From the IMG/VR virus record IMGVR_UViG_3300023174_000214, positions 1-54,358 of that record: 54,358 nucleotides of DNA; one strand, given 5' to 3'. A program made the translations under genes and the position numbers. Origin of the DNA: a virus (Duplodnaviria; Caudoviricetes). A model generated the notes under the pieces. That model worked only from the letters and a program-made list of their open reading frames with translations. It was not told where the DNA came from and did no database searches. Of the stretch, positions 46,352-53,599 are shown one piece after another. The first letter of the stretch is position 1. The number at the start of each line of letters is the position of its first letter.

Positions 46352-46738
46352 ATGAAAAAAGTATCACTCATAGTAGTAAGTCTACTCTTAACGGTATTCA
46401 GTTATGCACAAGACTATAATAGGGTAGTTAATATTACCAAAAGTGAATGGACAGGTGACACGTGGAAAGTGGTATCATCTAATAGACCAACGGACATGTT
46501 TGTAATTATCAATGAGTGGGACATTACAATTGGCACATACAAGTTTAGGACATATGATACGCCAGATAAATCAACATACCAAGACCATGTATGTTATACT
46601 TGGAAGTGCGTTGATAAGGATGGCGATAAGTGTTTTTTCTTGATGAAGAAGTTTAGACCGGAAGTTAGTACGCATATGCTATACGCAATACTATACCCAG
46701 AGAATCTAGTTATGTACGAATACGAAACACTACAATAA
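46352..46738 (+). CDS. secreted/periplasmic protein with signal peptide
   Basis: MKKVSLIVVSLLLTVFSYA-Q, Bacteroidota-like SPI cleavage before Gln. Confidence 0.65.
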   Translation: MKKVSLIVVSLLLTVFSYAQDYNRVVNITKSEWTGDTWKVVSSNRPTDMFVIINEWDITIGTYKFRTYDTPDKSTYQDHVCYTWKCVDKDGDKCFFLMKKFRPEVSTHMLYAILYPENLVMYEYETLQ

Positions 46739-46739
46739 T

Positions 46740-47015
46740 ATGGAATTAAAAATAGTAAAAAGACCACTTCAAGACGCATATAGCATAGAAGATATACAAT
46801 ACCCAGGTGAAAAATGGTGTGTTAAAACAGCAATATATAGAGAAGGAGATGGTGGTATGAATTTGTGGTTTAAAGAAATAGAAAGAGTTAATCCTGATAT
46901 TGTTTATCTTTATGAGATTAGGTCTTGGCTAGGCAAAATAGCAAATGGAAATAATCAGGAGGATTGGATTGAAGATACTCTTTATAGTGTTAGGTACGAA
47001 TTTAAAAAACAATAG
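46740..47015 (+). CDS. hypothetical protein
   Basis: Coupled ORF. Confidence 0.5.
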   Translation: MELKIVKRPLQDAYSIEDIQYPGEKWCVKTAIYREGDGGMNLWFKEIERVNPDIVYLYEIRSWLGKIANGNNQEDWIEDTLYSVRYEFKKQ

Positions 47016-47021
47016 AAAGTT

Positions 47022-47258
47022 ATGAATAACGAACAACAACAGATTATTGATGAGGTGTATGAGAACTATGAATCACGACAAATCAATATGTATGTTCCAA
47101 TATGGTCACAAGAAGAGTTCATCAACAAATGTAAAACCGATAATGAGTTTGCTAAGAAGTGGGGTGAACTCGGAAAAATTTATGGGCATGGTTGGCGTAA
47201 CTGGAATGGTAAATCTGATGACGAGTTATATGAAGATTATTTGAAAAAAGTTAAATAG
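47022..47258 (+). CDS. thymidylate-synthase-derived mini-ORF (N-terminal/central segment)
   Basis: EEFINKCKTDNEFAKKWGELGKIYGHGWRNW resembles the ThyA (W/Y)G.LGP.YG.QWR.W motif. Confidence 0.6.
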   Translation: MNNEQQQIIDEVYENYESRQINMYVPIWSQEEFINKCKTDNEFAKKWGELGKIYGHGWRNWNGKSDDELYEDYLKKVK

Positions 47259-47314
47259 TTTTGGTCTTTTTCCATTTATTACCATATTTATATATAGTAA
47301 ACAATGGAAATAAT

Positions 47315-48007
47315 ATGGACTATAAAAAAATACACGACAATATAATTGATAGAGCAAAAAATAGGGTATTAGAAGGGTATGTTGAAACACACCACATTAT
47401 ACCAAAATGTATGAACGGAACCAATGAACCAAATAATTTAGTGAAATTAACTGCAAGAGAACATTTTTTAATTCATTAGTTATTGCATGAAATATATCCT
47501 AGTAACACCGATTTGAGATATGCATTCTGGTCAATGTGTCGTAGTTCAGGTAATCAAACGAGATATAAACCATCATCAAGGGTTTATGAATATGCCAAAC
47601 AACAAATGATAGAAGTGTGGTTAAAATTCAAACCATCGGAAAATCAAATAAGTTCTATTAAAGAAAGTTTAACAGGTACTAAATGGTATCATAAACCCGA
47701 TGGAAGAAATTTAAGAGTTTTTCCAAATGACCCGAAGATTGTTCAGGAAGGTTGGTTATTGGGTAGGTTTAATGGAAAATTAATATCAGATAAGGCAAAT
47801 AAAGATAGAGAAAAAAAATATGCGGGTAAAAAGATGCCATCAACATCAAACAAAAGATGTTCAATAGATGGTGTTGAATTTGAATCGGCCAAAGCTGCTG
47901 CGGATTTTCTTAATATGAATGAGTTTTCTATTAGGTGGATATTACAGGGTAGAGGTCGTTCACAAAAGCATAAAGAAAAATATAAAAATTGGTATTATAT
48001 AAATTAA
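47315..48007 (+). pseudogene. HNH homing endonuclease interrupted by in-frame TAG (47477-47479)
   Basis: ETHHIIPKCMNGTNEPNNLVKLTAREHFLIH*LLHEIYP continues in the same frame; C-terminal SIDGVEFESAKAAA NUMOD1-like HTH. Confidence 0.8.
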
Positions 48008-48063
48008 TTTTGAGTGTTAGAATTATAAAATGTATTAAATTAATACAAACCTAAAAAATAAGG

Positions 48064-48094
48064 TTGTTAAGTTAAAATATTTTATGTATTTTTG
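48064..48094 (+). promoter_or_regulatory. canonical Bacteroidota sigma-A promoter (TTG-N20-TAnnTTTG)
   Basis: TTG 48064-48066, TATTTTTG 48087-48094. Confidence 0.55.
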
Positions 48095-48122
48095 TATTCT
48101 AAACAAATAAAACTTAAATAAA

Positions 48123-48371
48123 ATGAAACAATTAGAACTTGAAATCGGCGTAGAACAACCCATATTTCAGATGGTAATAAATAATCCCAATAAAGTATTA
48201 ATACTACCAAAAGAGTTTTATGATAAATTTATAAAATATATGATACAAGAAGAAATGTATGAGCATATTCCAAAGTTAGAAGGGCTCAAAGATAAAACCA
48301 TTGATAAAACATTTGAACAATTAATGGAAGAAAGTTACAACAGTCCTCAAAACGGAAACATATTTTTATAA
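48123..48371 (+). CDS. hypothetical protein
   Basis: Leader TAAAACTTAAATAAAATG shared exactly with 48400. Confidence 0.55.
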   Translation: MKQLELEIGVEQPIFQMVINNPNKVLILPKEFYDKFIKYMIQEEMYEHIPKLEGLKDKTIDKTFEQLMEESYNSPQNGNIFL

Positions 48372-48399
48372 ATCAGAAACTATCTAAAACTTAAATAAA

Positions 48400-48702
48400 A
48401 TGGAAAACAAACTAATTGCAAAAGGTATAACAACAGACCTTAACTCGTACACATTTAATATTATTAAAGATGAACCTATTATAGTAATAACTGAAGATGG
48501 GTTTAAATACAAAGGAGAACTTATTGAAGATGGTGGTGAAATCTATAAACTATTAAAAGAATTTCTTCAAAAATCACAAATTACTAAATCAAATGAAAGT
48601 AAACAAAGTGATGAATGTTTATCTTTTATTTCTCTTACTAAAACAACATCACCAACCATCTGTTCAATATGTGGTAAAGAAAAATCTTCCCATAAATTTT
48701 AA
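48400..48702 (+). CDS. hypothetical protein
   Basis: GFKYKGELIEDGGEIY module and C-terminal CSICGKEK..H. Confidence 0.55.
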   Translation: MENKLIAKGITTDLNSYTFNIIKDEPIIVITEDGFKYKGELIEDGGEIYKLLKEFLQKSQITKSNESKQSDECLSFISLTKTTSPTICSICGKEKSSHKF

Positions 48703-48728
48703 AATTTAAAACTTAAAAACAGAAAATT

Positions 48729-48974
48729 ATGAACCGAGAAAGTAAAAATGGAAAATTAATTGAAGAAATTATTACACAATATGTTGACGAAAACATATTT
48801 GAACCCACCGATGAATTTAGGGAATCATTACAGGAAAATCTTAATTCAATACTAAAATTTCAAACAATAGTTACCAACATAGAAAATAAAAACGATTTTA
48901 TTGTTGGGACTGTTATGTTTAAAAATGAGGATGAGATTAATAGCGTTATGGATTTTACAATAATTAAAAACTAA
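48729..48974 (+). CDS. hypothetical protein
   Basis: A-rich leader. Confidence 0.5.
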   Translation: MNRESKNGKLIEEIITQYVDENIFEPTDEFRESLQENLNSILKFQTIVTNIENKNDFIVGTVMFKNEDEINSVMDFTIIKN

Positions 48975-48988
48975 AAACGATTAATTAT

Positions 48989-49082
48989 AGTCAGGTGGCG
49001 GAATTGGTAGACGCTTTTGGATTCTCTGTCCGATACCTTTGTTAAGGCAAAAAGCTTGCAGGTTCAAATCCTGCCCTGACTG
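48989..49082 (+). tRNA. atypical tRNA / tRNA-like RNA (Leu-type D arm, apparent CTC anticodon, extended variable region)
   Basis: Acceptor AGTCAGG/CCTGACT, D arm GCG-GAATTGGTAGA-CGC, T arm GCAGG-TTCAAAT-CCTGC; anticodon arm TTGGA-TTCTCTG-TCCGA is non-canonical; no encoded CCA. Confidence 0.6.
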
Positions 49083-49096
49083 CAAAATTAAAAATT

Positions 49097-49384
49097 ATGA
49101 GTAAAACACTAACAAAAGAAGAGTTTTTAGAAAAGTTAAAAACAGATAGCGAGTTTAATTCTAAATACGGAAGAAAGCATATTACAGAAGGAAAAATGGT
49201 ACTTCCACCCTGTCATTATGGATTTCAAGTTTATACGAGAGAGTTGACTTGGTACGAAAGACATGAATTAGCAGAGACTAAGTATCGAATAGATGATGTA
49301 GACGATGTATTAGATAAGGAGGATATCCCAACCCGACTAATCACAATAACATACAACGATAAAAAAATAGAAAGTTATAAATAA
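49097..49384 (+). CDS. thymidylate-synthase-derived mini-ORF retaining the catalytic PCH motif
   Basis: EEFLEKLKTDSEF..KYG then MVLPPCHYGFQVYTREL..IPTR. Confidence 0.65.
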   Translation: MSKTLTKEEFLEKLKTDSEFNSKYGRKHITEGKMVLPPCHYGFQVYTRELTWYERHELAETKYRIDDVDDVLDKEDIPTRLITITYNDKKIESYK

Positions 49385-49395
49385 AAAATAAAATT

Positions 49396-49638
49396 ATGGA
49401 AAACTACAAAGCGGTTTCTATCAATCCAGAAACATTTGAAAAAACAGAAATTGAAACTAAAATTCCCGTTTCTTTAGTAAAACAAATACATTTAGATTTA
49501 ACCAATTTAAAAGATTATCTCGTAACACCTACATTAATTAATCCTGTTGATATGGATTCTGTTGTATTTGGTCTTATGGATATGAATGACGCAACAATGA
49601 AGTATATGGTAACAATTTCACCAAAGCAATCACAATAA
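49396..49638 (+). CDS. hypothetical protein
   Basis: A-rich leader. Confidence 0.5.
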   Translation: MENYKAVSINPETFEKTEIETKIPVSLVKQIHLDLTNLKDYLVTPTLINPVDMDSVVFGLMDMNDATMKYMVTISPKQSQ

Positions 49639-49653
49639 CAAAAATAGAAAGTT

Positions 49654-49929
49654 ATGAATAAAGAAAAAATAATTTTAATTCATTATATCAATGTAGGTAA
49701 TATTGATGGTAATGATGTATCAAAAATGATGGAAGAAGTTATTAACAAATTATCTTTAAAGGAAGAAGATAATATAATTTCATATTGGATACCAGTTAGA
49801 GAAGGAGAAACAAGAGTAGAATGTATAAATCCTAAACTTGTATCAGAAGAAGATTTCACAGAAGCGAAACGAGTATTAGATAGAAATCAAGAAATTGTAA
49901 ATAATATTATTAATTGGAAAACAAAATAA
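49654..49929 (+). CDS. conserved small phage protein
   Basis: ILIHYINVGN..YWIPVREGETRVECINPKL. Confidence 0.6.
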   Translation: MNKEKIILIHYINVGNIDGNDVSKMMEEVINKLSLKEEDNIISYWIPVREGETRVECINPKLVSEEDFTEAKRVLDRNQEIVNNIINWKTK

Positions 49930-49938
49930 TAGAAAGTT

Positions 49939-50199
49939 ATGAATGAATTTTATCAACAAATGAAGAGCGAGTGTGAATTACCAGTCGCACAATTAACATA
50001 CACATACCGAGATTTTGAAGGCGTGTTACATCCATACGCTTTTATTTTTATTAATTTTAGAGATAGCGATGAAATTAACATTGAAAAAATGGAAAAGGTG
50101 AAAAGTAAGTACGGAGAATTTTTTATGTTCTTTAATAATAGCAAAGAAGGCAGAGAATTTTGGAAAAATAACCCAATAACGATAACACACAAAGGATAA
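49939..50199 (+). CDS. hypothetical protein
   Basis: AATAGAAAGTTATG leader. Confidence 0.55.
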   Translation: MNEFYQQMKSECELPVAQLTYTYRDFEGVLHPYAFIFINFRDSDEINIEKMEKVKSKYGEFFMFFNNSKEGREFWKNNPITITHKG

Positions 50200-50271
50200 T
50201 ATAATTAGCAATAGTATCAGAAAGCATAATAAAAGTATAATATAATAAGCATAATAATCCAGATAGAATAA

Positions 50272-50499
50272 ATGATACCAAAAGACAAAGCTTATCAATT
50301 AGTAACCAGATTTTATCTGGCATTACCAAATAATGGATCCCAAACAGGAATAAATAATGTACATCAAAGATGGGAAGAAGGCAAGAAGTGTGCGGCAATG
50401 GCAGTAGATGAAATGACAGAGACCCTGTACAACAATGATCTGATGCAGATGTGGGAATATTGGAGAGAAGTTAAACGAGAAATAGAAAACATAGACTAA
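50272..50499 (+). CDS. MxPKEKA-family small protein
   Basis: PKDKA..KCA..AVDE..YWREVKREIE; tandem paralog of 50499. Confidence 0.65.
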   Translation: MIPKDKAYQLVTRFYLALPNNGSQTGINNVHQRWEEGKKCAAMAVDEMTETLYNNDLMQMWEYWREVKREIENID

Positions 50500-50714
50500 T
50501 GACACCGAAAGAAAAAGCAAAAGAAATATATAACAGATACTGCAACATGAAATCACATTGCGATAATGCAATAGAATGTGCATTGATTGCAGTAGATGAA
50601 ATAATAGAATTTATGAAAATGGATGATGAGTATACTGAAACTGCGAGTAATGCTAATTCAAAATGGGTAGAATATTGGCAACAAGTTAAACAAGAAATAG
50701 ATAAGATGGCGTAA
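50499..50714 (+). CDS. MTPKEKA-family small protein
   Basis: MTPKEKAKE..ECALIAVDEII..YWQQVKQEI. Confidence 0.65.
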   Translation: MTPKEKAKEIYNRYCNMKSHCDNAIECALIAVDEIIEFMKMDDEYTETASNANSKWVEYWQQVKQEIDKMA

Positions 50715-50954
50715 TGCTGTACACAGCCATAGAAAAACGATCAAGCCCCAACCGGATTTAGACTGTCATCAAACGTATGATGGCACGACAACAGGAGACA
50801 CGGCAGCTGTTGACTGTCTGTAGCGGTACCTGCCCCGCGCCTCGCACCACCCACCCCCGTACATGGGTGCCCCAATAATTCTGTATATCCATATGGAGAT
50901 CACTCGTAATACATAACCGATTGGAAACACCGCTCCCAAATCCAAGCCTGTCCC
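50715..50954. other. GC-rich non-coding island with several hairpins
   Basis: Sharp GC rise, no credible ORF, stems at 50764-50785, 50789-50812 and 50852-50869. Confidence 0.5.
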
Positions 50955-51040
50955 TAACTCGTTGGTTGCCAATAAAAACTTTTAAAAAAAAGTAAAATAA
51001 ATTTTTTACTGTCAATATGTTGTCGTATATTTACTATGTA
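50955..51040 (+). promoter_or_regulatory. divergent early-promoter cassette, copy D
   Basis: TAACTCGTTGGTT..ATTTTTTACTGTCAA..GTCGTATATTTACT; leader AAAAAAACATAATATGA shared with copy C. Confidence 0.6.
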
Positions 51041-51088
51041 GCTGATCGATACGGCTGCCAATCACAGTAAAACTAAAAAAAACATAAT

Positions 51089-51376
51089 ATGACACAAAGC
51101 ACTACCACCAACGGTTACACACTAACAAGCATGGATTCTACATCGGTATACAACTACATGAAACGTATAGCCCGCAAGACTTCTAATGAGACAATCGATT
51201 GCTTAGCAGAAGCTTTAATCCAATCTTACGGAGACGATACAGACATTGATACAGTTGAATTGAAAATGATTCTTATCAATCCAGGACGTTTTACAGATAT
51301 GGACTACAGAGAAATGCAATGCTGCGTTACCACAAAGATGCGTACGGTTAGTTTATCAGAAGCACATTGCGACTAA
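51089..51376 (+). CDS. hypothetical early protein
   Basis: First ORF after cassette D. Confidence 0.6.
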   Translation: MTQSTTTNGYTLTSMDSTSVYNYMKRIARKTSNETIDCLAEALIQSYGDDTDIDTVELKMILINPGRFTDMDYREMQCCVTTKMRTVSLSEAHCD

Positions 51377-51440
51377 GCCCAAACTCAATACCCTATTACA
51401 TTACACACAATTTATTTAAAAATATAAAACAAAACAAGTT

Positions 51441-52328
51441 ATGAACAAACAAATTATCTTATCAGCATTACAATCTCAGTTACAAACAGTTAAGAACTCA
51501 GTTATTACACACGAAGAGCATGTCTACAATCCAGCCGTAGCAAAGCTTACAGCCAAGATCACAGAATGGTTCGAAGCCAACGTCATTACTGGCATACATT
51601 CTATAGAGATTGCATCTGAACGTATCACAATTACTCCTGCAGATACTACTGCTTACGGAAGTACGATCAGCATTGATTATCGTGGCAGTTGGAGAGGCGA
51701 TAACGGTTATTTTGAAAGCAGCGCTTATCGTCCAGATCTAAAGTCTAATGAGGACAACACTCTTAGCGTACACTACTACCAAGTTATGGCTGCAGTTGCT
51801 TGTGCATTCCCTGCTATATGTGATCAGTATAAAGCAAAATGGATGCCAGCTCACACCAAATTGCTTAATGCCAAAAGCGAATTGTACAATGAGATCTATA
51901 AGATCGAACGTGAAATACGTAACTGCGAATCAGAGATTGCTGAGTTAGAGAAAGAGAAGTATAACCAAGCTGGCTTTGAGTGTGTGTTAGCGGATTGGAC
52001 TGACTATAACAGCACGTCAGTTGATAACGACTATGTGTACGTTAAGAAGACTTCACCACACAAGATCAAAGCTCATTACGGTCGTGGCAGATGGGACTAC
52101 TACTACATCAATTCATTCAAGGTGATCTCATTCCCTAAAGCCAAGCACAGCAAGGTTGTATTAGAGTATAAGCAATCAGCTGATGAAAAGGTTATGACGG
52201 CTGAATTGAGTAAACAACGTTACGCTGAGTTTATCAATGATGTATACAATTGGCAGACAAGTGGCGCTGCTACAAGAGAAGCTAACGTAGACGAGAGAGT
52301 AGCAAGATATAACCGAGTAGACGCCTAA
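51441..52328 (+). CDS. hypothetical protein with central coiled coil
   Basis: 295 aa, AAGTTATG leader. Confidence 0.7.
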   Translation: MNKQIILSALQSQLQTVKNSVITHEEHVYNPAVAKLTAKITEWFEANVITGIHSIEIASERITITPADTTAYGSTISIDYRGSWRGDNGYFESSAYRPDLKSNEDNTLSVHYYQVMAAVACAFPAICDQYKAKWMPAHTKLLNAKSELYNEIYKIEREIRNCESEIAELEKEKYNQAGFECVLADWTDYNSTSVDNDYVYVKKTSPHKIKAHYGRGRWDYYYINSFKVISFPKAKHSKVVLEYKQSADEKVMTAELSKQRYAEFINDVYNWQTSGAATREANVDERVARYNRVDA

Positions 52329-52384
52329 TCATTATCTCCTAACAATTAAATCAATTATAATTAACTAATAAAACAATCAAAGTT

Positions 52385-52597
52385 ATGACACAGTCTACGA
52401 GTACTACTATCGCAAAAGAAACAAGATATGACGTTGTGAAGAAATTCACTAACGAATACAGGAGAGGAATGGGAATTTCAACAGAGATCGTATTGCACGA
52501 CTTGACATGGGATAAAGCAAATATCCACAAGGATATTATGAACATGTATCATCTTGACGATACCACTGCTTGCTTCTACATAGAATCGAGTAGGTAG
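52385..52597 (+). CDS. hypothetical protein
   Basis: AAAGTTATG leader. Confidence 0.55.
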   Translation: MTQSTSTTIAKETRYDVVKKFTNEYRRGMGISTEIVLHDLTWDKANIHKDIMNMYHLDDTTACFYIESSR

Positions 52598-52756
52598 TCT
52601 AACTAATGCCTTCTATCTTTAAATAATTAAAAACATATGTTATGTAACTTATATACGACCATATTAAATATGGGGTTAGTCTTCCTACCAAAAAGATAAG
52701 CTATACCAGTTCATCAAAATCAATTATATTTATCTTATAAAACAAAAATAAAAGTT

Positions 52757-53599
52757 ATGACGCAAACACAAGTATCGCCTAAGGCAACCAAATTCAAAGC
52801 AGGTGCAATCAATTCAATAAGTATGGAAGTGGCCAAGCAACAGGCTCCCGCTATCTTTGCCACCGAACCTGCATCATATATCAATCAGAACAGGTATCAC
52901 TTCACTCCCACCTTCGAGATCATCGACATGATGAAAGACATGGGCTACCTTCTCACCGGAGCCAAGCAGAGCAACACAAAGATTGCATTACGCCGCAACC
53001 ACGGTGTACACATCGTAGAGTTTCAACATCCTGATCTCTATGTTAAAGACAGCACTGCCAATGAAGTAGAAGCCAGACCTACCATTGTGATGGTGAATTC
53101 ATCAGATGGGTCTAGACCGTTTGACTTTCAAATGGGTATGTTCCGTCTTGTATGTTCTAATGGCCTGATCGTTAAGGACAAAGACTTAGGTGGCTTCAAA
53201 GAGAGACACACCAAGTATAACTTTACAGATCTCAAGTCCATGATTAGTCAGAAGGTAGATGCATTACCCAAGACTATAGACAAGATCAATAGCTGGAATG
53301 GCATAGAGATGTCTAGCCGTCAAAGGTTTGATTTTGCCAAGCAGGCATTAGAACTGAGAATGGGAACTGATAGACAAGCCGAAGAGTACGAGATCAGATC
53401 CATATTGGATCCGAAGAGAGCAGCAGACAAACACAACAACCTGTGGTGCACCTACAACGTAGTACAGGAGAATTTGATCCGCGGCGGCTTCCAATTGAAC
53501 GAAAGACAAGCTAGGCCTATCACCAATCCTTGGCAGGACTTGGAATTGAATAAAGGCCTATGGTCGCTGGCCGAGAAGTTTGAAACAGTTGCGAGTTAA
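52757..53599 (+). CDS. DUF932/DUF945-family protein
   Basis: APAIFA..RYHFTPT, NSSDGS..GMFRLVCSNGL, LWCTYNVVQENLIRGG, LNKGLW. Confidence 0.85.
   Translation: MTQTQVSPKATKFKAGAINSISMEVAKQQAPAIFATEPASYINQNRYHFTPTFEIIDMMKDMGYLLTGAKQSNTKIALRRNHGVHIVEFQHPDLYVKDSTANEVEARPTIVMVNSSDGSRPFDFQMGMFRLVCSNGLIVKDKDLGGFKERHTKYNFTDLKSMISQKVDALPKTIDKINSWNGIEMSSRQRFDFAKQALELRMGTDRQAEEYEIRSILDPKRAADKHNNLWCTYNVVQENLIRGGFQLNERQARPITNPWQDLELNKGLWSLAEKFETVAS

Noticed and set aside
48989-49082. Amber suppressor tRNA explaining the HNH readthrough
   Set aside because: No CTA triplet in either candidate loop (TTCTCTG, TGTT).
47259-49096. Group I intron splitting thyA
   Set aside because: No recognisable P-Q-R-S core or GC-paired helices flank the HNH gene. 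The interval holds ordinary ORFs with their own promoter, and joining the two fragments would still lack most of ThyA.
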